This document shows positions 28,023-36,645 of a DNA stretch of 64,000 nucleotides, in pieces. Source of the stretch: Spirochaetes bacterium RBG_16_49_21. Lineage in GTDB: Bacteria > Spirochaetota > UBA4802 > UBA5550. Position 1 is the first letter of the stretch. Each line of letters begins with the position of its first letter. The notes below the pieces were generated by a model, which was given only the letters and a program-made list of their open reading frames with translations, did not search any database and was not told the origin of the DNA. The DNA lies in the NCBI GenBank assembly GCA_001829495.1, contig MIBJ01000049.1, positions 2,101 through 66,100 on the forward strand, in the 5' to 3' direction. Both the position numbers and the translations under genes were made by a program.

Positions 28023-28084
28023 CGGAAATGTTCCTCAATGCTCCGGGAGCGCGGTATTCGTCTTGAGTATGGCGGGGTGACGTA

Positions 28085-28996
28085 TTGAAAAAAAAATTCT
28101 ATGAGCGGCTGAAGAAAAATCTGCGGCCGTTCGATTTCGGCAAGGAGATCGGGCGGGAACTGGGCACGACGGACGTGGGGAAATACCTGAGAGGCATACG
28201 CCCCAAAAAAGAAAAATTATTTCTCAGAACATTCGACAGCGATGCGGTCTACGATCTGCTGAAGCGGGTAAACCTCCTTGCTCATCTTGCGGAGCTCGGC
28301 TATGGGAACGTCAAGATCAGAATCGACGTCGATGACGCTGAAATCAATTATCTGAATTTATATTATGACACGATCGATCCGGAGAACATTCTGTTCGACC
28401 TTCGACTGAGCGAATCGAGATTCATCCCCGATGAAAAGTATTTCGGAGAGGGCAGGTACGACACCTACGACGTAATCGTCATCGAATGGCTGTCCGCTCA
28501 GGACCCGCGGCGCCCTTTTTCAAGCGGTAAACCGCAACTCCCGGGGCAGAGGTATCCGGGACTCGGCATTCTCCGGCACTGCTTCGAAATCATGTCCATC
28601 ATGGGAAGGAGCCTGGGGAAGGACGGCTTCATCGATGTTCCGGACCATATCCACGGCGCGATCATGTATGCGAAAAAGTTCAAATTTTTCGACCCCGCCC
28701 ATGAGGGCGTAGTGCGTGCGCTTATGAGGGACTTGAAGGATTATTCGCTTTCGGACATATCCTGGGGGATACTCACCCGGAGCATCATTGAAAAATACAA
28801 AAATCAGCCGCAGCCGTATGATCCGTCGGAGCAGGTGTATTATATTTCAGACCGGCTTCGGAATTATTTTCACTCCAGTAAATATAGAACGCTTTTTCGG
28901 AAGTATTACGGGCGGAAACATTTCAAGTTCAATTATGAAGAGATGCTTGAAAAAAAAGAGAAAATTCTTGAGACAAAGAGCATGGTGGAGCTTTAG
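28085..28996 (+). CDS. Hypothetical protein with possible GNAT-like acyl-CoA-binding signature
   Basis: 303-aa ORF with a TTG start. The segment VIVIEWL..LPGQRYPGLGILRHCFE..HGAIMYAKKFKF resembles GNAT motif A (Q/RxxGxG/A) followed by the A..Y.k.GF strand. This resemblance is weak and judged by eye only. Confidence 0.45.
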   Translation: MKKKFYERLKKNLRPFDFGKEIGRELGTTDVGKYLRGIRPKKEKLFLRTFDSDAVYDLLKRVNLLAHLAELGYGNVKIRIDVDDAEINYLNLYYDTIDPENILFDLRLSESRFIPDEKYFGEGRYDTYDVIVIEWLSAQDPRRPFSSGKPQLPGQRYPGLGILRHCFEIMSIMGRSLGKDGFIDVPDHIHGAIMYAKKFKFFDPAHEGVVRALMRDLKDYSLSDISWGILTRSIIEKYKNQPQPYDPSEQVYYISDRLRNYFHSSKYRTLFRKYYGRKHFKFNYEEMLEKKEKILETKSMVEL

Positions 28997-29036
28997 CATC
29001 TCTTTGCAAAAGACATTCCGGAGATCGGGCGCATAG

Positions 29037-29507
29037 TCACGCGGAATAATGATATTTCAATGCGCTGATTCTCGATATCTCGTTGATCCTCTCTTTCAGC
29101 TGGAGCGATTCCGCCGTCATTGCTTTCATAAGAAGCTTCCGTTTACCGAAGAGAAGTTCAATCATCTTCCGGATTTCATTCCGCAATGATACGATTTCTT
29201 TGATCTCATTCTTTTCAGAGTTGAGGCGGGAAAAGATCCCCTTCTTGTCCGATCCGATGATCTTCGCCAGGTCGTTCTCAATGCCGGAGATGCGGTAGTC
29301 GGCAGTATCGATCTCTTCAATAATCGCCTTGTCGGTTTCTATGATCTCGAGTATCTTTTCCAGATTTTGTGTTTTTATATAATGAAGTTTGTCCGATTCG
29401 CTCAGAAGCAGTTTTTTCAGGGAGTTGAGCTTTTCCCTGTAGGGTATGGTCAGTTCGGCGATGATTCTTTTTACATCATCCCTCAATGCTGAAATTCCCT
29501 TTCGCAC
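29037..29507 (-). CDS. Coiled-coil protein downstream of fliS; possible FlgN/FliT-like flagellar chaperone
   Basis: 156-aa ORF, highly charged and helical, overlapping the fliS stop by 32 nt. The call rests on position and composition only. Confidence 0.4.
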   Translation of the reverse strand: MRKGISALRDDVKRIIAELTIPYREKLNSLKKLLLSESDKLHYIKTQNLEKILEIIETDKAIIEEIDTADYRISGIENDLAKIIGSDKKGIFSRLNSEKNEIKEIVSLRNEIRKMIELLFGKRKLLMKAMTAESLQLKERINEISRISALKYHYSA

Positions 29508-29928
29508 CGATATTGGATCTATCGGCAGTCGATTCGTTCGCAGATATTTTATCCCACGCGTCGCGCAGCTCTTTCAAGAGCTTCACGACCCCTTTTATCG
29601 TTTCCGGGTCCTTTTTAATGTTGGCTTCCAAAAGGGTCTTTTTGAAATACATGTACAGGTTAAATAAATTTTGCGAGATTTCTCCGCCCTCTTTCATGTT
29701 CAAAGAGAGGAGCAGCTCCGTGATGATATCCTGGGCTTTTATAATATTATTGTTTGCGACGTCGTATGTTTTCGGGTTCATGTTGTCAATGGCGATGGTC
29801 AAAAACTTTATTGCTCCGTCATAGAGCATGACGATCAGTTTTCCCTGATTGGCCGTTGCGATCTGAGTCTTCTTATATTCATTGAAAGGATTTTTTTCAG
29901 GCAGTGCCATTACTACCCCCATTGGCAT
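29476..29928 (-). CDS. fliS: Flagellar export chaperone FliS
   Basis: 150-aa ORF with YKKTQIATANQGKLIVMLYDGAIKFL and NLFNLYMYF, characteristic of the FliS four-helix bundle. Confidence 0.8.
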   Translation of the reverse strand: MPMGVVMALPEKNPFNEYKKTQIATANQGKLIVMLYDGAIKFLTIAIDNMNPKTYDVANNNIIKAQDIITELLLSLNMKEGGEISQNLFNLYMYFKKTLLEANIKKDPETIKGVVKLLKELRDAWDKISANESTADRSNIGAKGNFSIEG

Positions 29929-30022
29929 AATAAAAATATACAGGATCCCGCTTAATTATCGTAAAAAAGGGCCCAAGACTGAATCATTAATTCCCGACCG
30001 GCCGGCTCTTTTTAATGTTTTG

Positions 30023-30913
30023 TCACGGCTTGCTGAAGATTGACTCGATTCTCTTTAATATTTCCTCGTATTTTTCTTTAGTTTTGCGGGTGATCTCATC
30101 CGGAAGCGGCGGCGGTGAAGAATCCTTATCCCACGCGGTGGTCTCCAGGTAGTCACGGATGTATTGTTTATCAAAACTTACCGGCGAGGTGCCGACCTGA
30201 TAGGCTGACTTGTCCCAGAACCGCGAGCTGTCCGGGGTCAACGCCTCGTCGATCAGTATTATCTCATTGTTCGCGAAGCCGAATTCAAGTTTCGTGTCGG
30301 CGAGGATAATCCCCTGTTTATCCAGAAGATCCCATGCATATTCGTAAATCCTGATCGTGATCTCCCCCAGGCGGTATGCCAGCTCCTCTCCAACCTTGCC
30401 GCGCATGAATTCCAGAGGCACATTTATGTCATGGCCGGAATCAACTTTTGTCGCCGGCGTGAACAGCGGGGCATCAAGCTTCTCGGCCATCCGCAGGCCC
30501 GGCGGCAAGGGAATCCCGCACACGGATCCCGACGACTGGTAATCCTTCCAGCCGCTTCCGATAAGATATCCCCGGGCTACACATTCAAAGTCGATCCGCG
30601 CCGCTTTGCGCACTATAACGGACCGGTCCTTCAAGAGCTCGGGGAAGTCGCTGAAGGGTTTGGGGAAATTACTGAATTCATCTTCAACGATATGATTTTT
30701 TATGGCTTTTATGTTTTTGAACCAGAGATTCGATATCTTGTTTAATACTATTCCCTTGCCGGGGATGCCGTTAGGGAATACATGATCGAAAGCCGAGACC
30801 CTGTCGGTTGATACTATGAGGATATGCTCCTTATCGATGATATAAATATCCCGGACTTTCCCGCTGTATTTTTTTTTGGCGCCGGGAATTTTAACGTTTA
30901 CAAGAGCTTCCAT
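30023..30913 (-). CDS. purC: Phosphoribosylaminoimidazole-succinocarboxamide synthase (SAICAR synthase)
   Basis: 296-aa ORF with YSGKVRDIY, STDRVSAFD, LADTKLEFG and DEALTPDSSRFW motifs. Confidence 0.85.
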   Translation of the reverse strand: MEALVNVKIPGAKKKYSGKVRDIYIIDKEHILIVSTDRVSAFDHVFPNGIPGKGIVLNKISNLWFKNIKAIKNHIVEDEFSNFPKPFSDFPELLKDRSVIVRKAARIDFECVARGYLIGSGWKDYQSSGSVCGIPLPPGLRMAEKLDAPLFTPATKVDSGHDINVPLEFMRGKVGEELAYRLGEITIRIYEYAWDLLDKQGIILADTKLEFGFANNEIILIDEALTPDSSRFWDKSAYQVGTSPVSFDKQYIRDYLETTAWDKDSSPPPLPDEITRKTKEKYEEILKRIESIFSKP

Positions 30914-31061
30914 ACAATCTCCAATAGGGCCATAAGTGTATGGTGAATACTCCGCGGCAATGAATCAGTTGTCAAGGAAAATGAGTGCCTTTTTTACGGC
31001 GCGATTAAATTTTACTTGCCGGTTCTTTTTTTTATTATATTGCAGGCACATGTTTGTATCT

Positions 31062-31538
31062 ATGCTGAAAAAAACCGCTCCCTGGATATTATTGCCCGTA
31101 CTCCTGGTCTTTGGATACTGGTCCGGCCGGTTCATCGGGAATAGGTTTTTATTAAATCTCATTTCTTCGGACAGCTTATTCCCTCTTTTAATATCCAGGC
31201 CTGTTGATCAATTCTACGAAATAGCCCTATTGTTGAACAGTAGAAACCCGTATAGCCGACTGAGCGGATACTATTCCCTTCTTGACAATAAGATGATAAA
31301 TACTCAATTTTTGATGGAACGATTCCAAAAAGAAGAGAATTATACCATCAAAAGGAGCATTTTGTGGATTTTAAGCTTTTCGGACGATACCGGTGACGTT
31401 TTGAGATTCTATTCGTCGATCTTTAGCAGGAATGATCCGTTGATGAAAGATATACTCGTGCTCATGAAAAGGATCGATAGAGATTACTTCATGAAATTTA
31501 TCGAAAAGAATAAGATTGACAATACTGTAATGCCCTGA
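31062..31538 (+). CDS. Hypothetical membrane-anchored protein
   Basis: The ORF track starts at 30936. The ATG at 31062 gives MLKKTAPWILLPVLLVFGYW (signal/anchor). The stop abuts the proA start. Confidence 0.45.
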   Translation: MLKKTAPWILLPVLLVFGYWSGRFIGNRFLLNLISSDSLFPLLISRPVDQFYEIALLLNSRNPYSRLSGYYSLLDNKMINTQFLMERFQKEENYTIKRSILWILSFSDDTGDVLRFYSSIFSRNDPLMKDILVLMKRIDRDYFMKFIEKNKIDNTVMP

Positions 31539-32801
31539 ATGAGGTGGCGTATGGATAACCGAGCATACCTAGATCAACTGTGCCGTGAGGCACAGGCCTC
31601 GGCACGGATCATCGCCAATTTCTCCACGGCGCAGAAAAATAATCTGCTCGGCGGTATTGCCGCTTCGCTGAGAAGAAAAACCGGAGCCATCCTGGCTGCG
31701 AACGAGAAGGACCTCAAAACCGCCGAAGAGGCGGACATGGACAAGGCCATGTATGAGCGCCTTCTGCTCAATAAGGAAAGAATTGAAGCGATGGCGGTAT
31801 CCGTGGAGGAGATCGCCCGGTTCGAGGATCCGGTGGGAAGAATAGAGAAGATGACGCTCCGGCCGTCCGGGATCCGGGTCGGGCAGATGCGGGTGCCGCT
31901 CGGCGTCGTAGCAGTCATATATGAGTCAAGGCCGAACGTCACGATCGATATCGCCTCACTCTGCATCAAATCCGGCAATGCGGCTATTCTGCGCGGCGGA
32001 AAGGAAGCCATTCATACCAATTCAGCGCTTTACAGCGTTGTTCGCGGGGCATTGAGCGAATGCGGATGCCCGGAAACCGCCGTAACCTTCATTGAGCGCA
32101 CGGAGCGCGATCTGGTATCGATGCTGGTGAAGATGAACGCCTTCATCGATATCGTAATTTTACGCGGCGGGGAAGGCTTGATAAAATCGGTGACCGCGGA
32201 ATCAACCATTCCGGTGATCAAGCATGATAAAGGGGTGTGCCACATATTCATCGACGAAAGCGCGGAGGAGGAGATGGCCAACCGGATAGCGGTCAATGCA
32301 AAGGTGCAGCGCCCGGCAGTCTGCAATTCCATGGAGTGCCTGCTCATTCATGCCGATTACCGGCACAAGGAGTCGCTTATAAAGAGCCTGCTCGATCATA
32401 ACGTTGAAATCCGGGGCTGTAACCGAACAGTCGCTATTTTTCCTGATACAGTAAAACCGGCAACGCAACAGGATTGGGGGAATGAGTTTCTTGACCTGAT
32501 CCTCGCCGTAAAAATTGTTGACTCTCCTGGCCAGGCCATGGACCATATTGCGCGCTACAGCTCAAGCCACTCCGAGGCGATCGTGACGTCCGATTATAAT
32601 AGCGCCCAGCGATTCCTGAAAGAGGTCGATTCTTCCGCCGTTTTCGTGAATGCCTCCACCAGATTCCATGACGGGGGGGAATTCGGACTGGGCGCGGAGG
32701 TGGGAATATCGACGCAAAAGCTCCATGCACGCGGCGCCATGGGGCTGGAGGGGCTGACATCTCTGAAGTATATAATATACGGAAAAGGGGAGACGCGGTA
32801 A
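31539..32801 (+). CDS. proA: Glutamate-5-semialdehyde dehydrogenase (gamma-glutamyl phosphate reductase)
   Basis: 420-aa ORF with PLGVVAVIYESRPNVT, the catalytic-Cys motif AVCNSMECLLIH, HSEAIVT and NASTRFHDGGEFG. Confidence 0.85.
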   Translation: MRWRMDNRAYLDQLCREAQASARIIANFSTAQKNNLLGGIAASLRRKTGAILAANEKDLKTAEEADMDKAMYERLLLNKERIEAMAVSVEEIARFEDPVGRIEKMTLRPSGIRVGQMRVPLGVVAVIYESRPNVTIDIASLCIKSGNAAILRGGKEAIHTNSALYSVVRGALSECGCPETAVTFIERTERDLVSMLVKMNAFIDIVILRGGEGLIKSVTAESTIPVIKHDKGVCHIFIDESAEEEMANRIAVNAKVQRPAVCNSMECLLIHADYRHKESLIKSLLDHNVEIRGCNRTVAIFPDTVKPATQQDWGNEFLDLILAVKIVDSPGQAMDHIARYSSSHSEAIVTSDYNSAQRFLKEVDSSAVFVNASTRFHDGGEFGLGAEVGISTQKLHARGAMGLEGLTSLKYIIYGKGETR

Positions 32802-32804
32802 GAA

Positions 32805-33386
32805 TTGAAGCTGGGGATATTCGGAGGAACGTTCAATCCGATCCACTACGGCCATCTGATAAATGCGGAGATGATCAGGTCCGATTATGATCTTGACAAG
32901 ATTATCTTCGTGCCCTCCAAATTGCCGGTACACAAGGAGCTCGCCGGCAATGTATCCGCAGACGACCGCTATGCCATGGCCGTGCTCGGCATCCATAACG
33001 TGAAAGAGTTCGAGGTTTCATCAATTGAAATTGACAGGGAAGGGCCGTCTTATACCATTGCCACCGTCCGTGGAATGAAGTCGATGCATCCCCACGATGA
33101 TATCTGCCTCATTATCGGAATGGATTCTTTGCACGAAATTGACTCATGGAAGGATCCTGAACAGCTGCTCGGCAGCGTGCCGGTTATCGCAATGAGGCGT
33201 CCGGGGGAGAACATGCCTCCCCGAATGGATCTTGCGGGATACAGCATCCGGTATGCGCATAATCCGCTTATCGATATCAGTTCCACGTGCATCAGGGAGC
33301 GCGTGCGGGAGAAAAAATCGGTCCGTTTTTTGCTTCCCGAATCCGTGATCCGCTATATTAAAAGAAAGGGCTTGTATCAAAATTGA
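32805..33386 (+). CDS. nadD: Nicotinate-nucleotide adenylyltransferase
   Basis: 193-aa ORF with a TTG start, GIFGGTFNPIHYGH (the HxGH motif) and the ISSTCIRE (ISST) motif. Confidence 0.85.
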   Translation: MKLGIFGGTFNPIHYGHLINAEMIRSDYDLDKIIFVPSKLPVHKELAGNVSADDRYAMAVLGIHNVKEFEVSSIEIDREGPSYTIATVRGMKSMHPHDDICLIIGMDSLHEIDSWKDPEQLLGSVPVIAMRRPGENMPPRMDLAGYSIRYAHNPLIDISSTCIRERVREKKSVRFLLPESVIRYIKRKGLYQN

Positions 33387-34495
33387 GGCAAAAAATTTTC
33401 ATGGCAGGAATTGCCATAGCGCTGATATTCACGACTGTCGGAATATACTACTGTTATAGCATGCGGACGCGGAACGCGGTCGACAATCTGATACAGCAAA
33501 AAAAAATCATCAATATCCTGGTCGCGGGGAGCAACAGATTCAGCGATCACCGGCACAAGTTCTTCTCTATTGTAAGCATCAACCCCGAGAGCGGCAGGAT
33601 CGGCGTCACCTTCATCCCCCCGGCCTTTAAGATCCGCTTGGATGATGAGGGAGATCATGTCGCCCGCATCGAGGATGTGGTGGTGTTCAACTTCAATAGA
33701 ATCAGGTATTCGCTCCAGAAGGATTTGAAGCTCAATATTCCTTTTTATGTGGAGATCTATTCGGCCGGCCTTGAGCGGATCGTGGACCTCATGGAGGGGG
33801 TCAGCCTCTTTATCCTTGACCAGATGAAGAATCCGCCGAACATCCATTTTGGCGTCAACTATTTCGACGGCCAGAAGGTCGTCCGCTACATCAACACCGT
33901 GGATGAAAATTCCATATATCTGAAGTACGACCGGATTCTCGACATCCTCATGACCCTGTATGAGAACAGGGAGCGATTGGAGCGCTTTCGCAATCCCGAG
34001 CTTATCCGTGAAGTGCTGAAATCCGCAAAGACGAATATCCTTCCTCAAGAGGCGCTCCGGATCGCCGATATCGTGTTCAAAGACGGCGATATGATGGCGA
34101 CTACGGTGCCCGGATTTTTCAAGGATGGATTTTATGTCATGGATGACATCACCTATAAAATCTATGAAAAGGAATTTTTAGCGGCGCTCATAGTCAACAG
34201 GAATGAAAAAGAGATCGATTCGTCAATAAAGATTAAGATTATAAACGGGACCGACGTTCCGGGCCTGGCCCGCAAGATGCGGGAGAGATTGATACGCGAG
34301 GGTCTTAACGTCGTCGAATTCGGCACGTCGCCCTTCCGGAAGATGAATAAATCCGTTATCATCAACAAACACGCCTCGATAATGGCGGTCAACAGGGTTT
34401 CGGAGTTAACCGGGATAGATAATAGATATCATATCGCGGACAATATGCAGCTTCACAATGTGATGATCATTATCGGAGAGGATATGGCGAAGTGA
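33383..34495 (+). CDS. LCP (LytR-CpsA-Psr) family protein with LytR_C-like C-terminal domain
   Basis: 370-aa ORF with an N-terminal TM anchor, INILVAGSN..RHKFFSIVSINP..GDH (LCP-like core) and the C-terminal IKIINGTDVPGLARKM..L..G (LytR_C). Confidence 0.6.
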   Translation: MRQKIFMAGIAIALIFTTVGIYYCYSMRTRNAVDNLIQQKKIINILVAGSNRFSDHRHKFFSIVSINPESGRIGVTFIPPAFKIRLDDEGDHVARIEDVVVFNFNRIRYSLQKDLKLNIPFYVEIYSAGLERIVDLMEGVSLFILDQMKNPPNIHFGVNYFDGQKVVRYINTVDENSIYLKYDRILDILMTLYENRERLERFRNPELIREVLKSAKTNILPQEALRIADIVFKDGDMMATTVPGFFKDGFYVMDDITYKIYEKEFLAALIVNRNEKEIDSSIKIKIINGTDVPGLARKMRERLIREGLNVVEFGTSPFRKMNKSVIINKHASIMAVNRVSELTGIDNRYHIADNMQLHNVMIIIGEDMAK

Positions 34496-34881
34496 CGCAC
34501 CGGAATAGGTTATCGGATACGGATATTATCGATATATCCCGCACGTGTGCGCGGATACTCGATGAGAAAAAAGGTACGGACATTATCATTTTGGACCTGA
34601 GAGGGGTGAACAGCTATCTCGACTATTTTCTCATAACCACCGGGAACTCGCGCGTTCATTGCAGGGCTCTGGCGCGGGAGCTTGAAAAATTTATTGATTC
34701 GCGGAACTTACCGCAGCGGAACAAACCCGATTATGAATCGGGCTGGATACTGCTTGATTTCAATGAACTGATCGTGCATATCTTCACGCAGGAAATGCGT
34801 GAATACTACCAACTGGAGAAGCTGTGGGGCGATGCAAAAAAAATATCATACAATAGCCGCAGTGAAGAACAGGGCTCATAG
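34492..34881 (+). CDS. rsfS: Ribosome silencing factor RsfS (Iojap)
   Basis: 129-aa ORF with KKGTDIIILDLRGV..DYFLITTGNSRVHCRALA..W.LLDFNELIVHIF..RE.Y.LEKLW. Confidence 0.85.
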   Translation: MTHRNRLSDTDIIDISRTCARILDEKKGTDIIILDLRGVNSYLDYFLITTGNSRVHCRALARELEKFIDSRNLPQRNKPDYESGWILLDFNELIVHIFTQEMREYYQLEKLWGDAKKISYNSRSEEQGS

Positions 34882-35311
34882 ATACTGGATATCCTTTCTC
34901 CTGATCGCCGTGGTGACGAATATCGGCTCATGCGGCAGGTTGAATGATACCATGCACGGCATCAGCCCCGAGTACGTCATCAATAAGTTTTTTGAATCCT
35001 GGAAGCAGAGGGACTGGAAAATCCTCTATACCCTGGTGCATCCCGGTTTTATACAGCGGATACGGATGCAGAAGCTTTCCCCTGAAGAGGAGGGGATGAG
35101 CGATGAAGAGCTGTTTATCCATCAATTCAAAGCGGCATCCGAAAACAATCCGGGCAAGGCGCTCAAAAGCTATAACGTTAAATCCATAACATCGTATAAA
35201 CCCGGCGATACAACGGTATGGGCGGATACGATCGTCAATGGAAAGAAAAAGCGGATTCCCCTGACCCTCGACGGCCTTACCCTGAAGGTCGACCTGACGA
35301 GGATCGAGTAA
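34832..35311 (+). CDS. Putative lipoprotein (NTF2/DUF4878-like)
   Basis: The signal with lipobox is KNRAHRYWISFLLIAVVTNIGSC. ATG 34832 or GTG 34862 are possible starts, and both overlap the rsfS 3' end. Confidence 0.5.
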   Translation: MQKKYHTIAAVKNRAHRYWISFLLIAVVTNIGSCGRLNDTMHGISPEYVINKFFESWKQRDWKILYTLVHPGFIQRIRMQKLSPEEEGMSDEELFIHQFKAASENNPGKALKSYNVKSITSYKPGDTTVWADTIVNGKKKRIPLTLDGLTLKVDLTRIE

Positions 35312-35319
35312 CGACGGAT

Positions 35320-36591
35320 TTAAATTATTTGTACGATTATTTTTACGAGCGGCAGGATAAGCAGGATTACGCTGAGTACAACAAGAAGAACCGTTGTCAG
35401 CAGGCCCACCGTATTTTGAAGGCGATTATTGATGTATTCTCCCATAATCCTTTTATTATTGACAATACTGATCATGCATACGAGGACGATCGGCAGCAGT
35501 ATGCCGTTCAATACCTGGGTCCAGATCGTTATGGCGATGAGCGGTGCGCCGGGGATCAGTATAATGACGACCGCTATAAGAAGTATGGATGAAAAAAGGG
35601 TATAGAACTGGGGAGCTTCATTGAATTTTTTATCCAGTCCTGCCTCGAATCCGAATCCCTCGCACACGTAGAACGCCGTCGCCAAGGGTAGAATCGCGGC
35701 GGAGAATATTGAAGCGATGAAGAGGCCGAAAGCGAACACGAAGGAGGCAAGCTCGCCGGCAAGCGGCCGCAGGGATACGGCCGCATCCTTGGCCTCATTA
35801 ATGGTGATCTGATTGATATGGAGCGTTGAGGCGCAGGCGACAATGATGAAAAAAGCTATAACGACCGTGGCAATTCCGCCGAGTATTACATCCAATCGGA
35901 CATATTTATAATCCTCGATCTTAATGCTCTTCTCGATGACAGCGGACTGCATATAGAATTGCATCCATGGCGCTATTGTGGTTCCGACAATACCCATCGT
36001 CATCGTCAAATACCCTTCATTCCAGTGGAACGTCGGATTTATCAGTGCAGCGCCGACCTCCTGCCAGTTCGGCTTGGCCAAAACCGCCGATATGATGTAC
36101 GACAGCAGAAAAAAACTGAAGACAAGAAATATCCGCTCCGCGGTTTTATAATTCCCCTTGACCACCAAGAGCCATACGACCACCGCCGACAAGGGAACGG
36201 ATACGTATTTGTTTATATTAAAGATCATTAGGCTCCCGGCGATCCCCGCGAACTCGGTAGCGGTATTCCCGATATCCGCGATCAGCAGGCAGAGAAAAAT
36301 ATAGAAGGTGGCTTTGACGCCGAAGTTTTCCCGGATAAGATCCGCAAGCCCCTTGCCGGTCACGATTCCCATCCGCGCATTCATTTCCTGCACGGTTAAG
36401 AGCGCTATAAAGGAGGGAACGAGTGTCCAGAGAAGCTGGTAGCCGTATACAGCCCCTGCCACTGAATAGGTTGTTATGCCGCCTGCATCGTTGTCAACGC
36501 TTCCGGTTATGATCCCGGGACCGAGAACGCTCAGGAAAATGACAATGTTCCTGAGATAGACGTTTTCTTTTAATTTTTTTAAAAAATTCAT
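35320..36591 (-). CDS. Nramp/SLC11-family transporter with NRMT-like (Mg2+-type) binding-site substitutions
   Basis: 423-aa ORF with about 11 TM segments. The TM1 motif is VDNDAGGITT where canonical MntH has DPGN. The TM6 motif is GTTIAPWMQ where canonical MntH has GA(T/I)(V/I)MPHN. This gives Asn->Gly, Ala->Thr, Met->Ala and His->Trp. Confidence 0.7.
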   Translation of the reverse strand: MNFLKKLKENVYLRNIVIFLSVLGPGIITGSVDNDAGGITTYSVAGAVYGYQLLWTLVPSFIALLTVQEMNARMGIVTGKGLADLIRENFGVKATFYIFLCLLIADIGNTATEFAGIAGSLMIFNINKYVSVPLSAVVVWLLVVKGNYKTAERIFLVFSFFLLSYIISAVLAKPNWQEVGAALINPTFHWNEGYLTMTMGIVGTTIAPWMQFYMQSAVIEKSIKIEDYKYVRLDVILGGIATVVIAFFIIVACASTLHINQITINEAKDAAVSLRPLAGELASFVFAFGLFIASIFSAAILPLATAFYVCEGFGFEAGLDKKFNEAPQFYTLFSSILLIAVVIILIPGAPLIAITIWTQVLNGILLPIVLVCMISIVNNKRIMGEYINNRLQNTVGLLTTVLLVVLSVILLILPLVKIIVQII

Positions 36592-36645
36592 GATCGATAG
36601 TCTACCCGGGGCTGCCTCAAAAGTGTGCCACAGAGGCGCAGAGAT

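Noticed and set aside
33377-34048. A 223-aa minus-strand ORF overlapping the LCP-family gene
   Set aside because: It is antisense to a plus-strand gene that sits in a conserved nadD-LCP-rsfS context with start/stop coupling, and it has no recognisable motifs.
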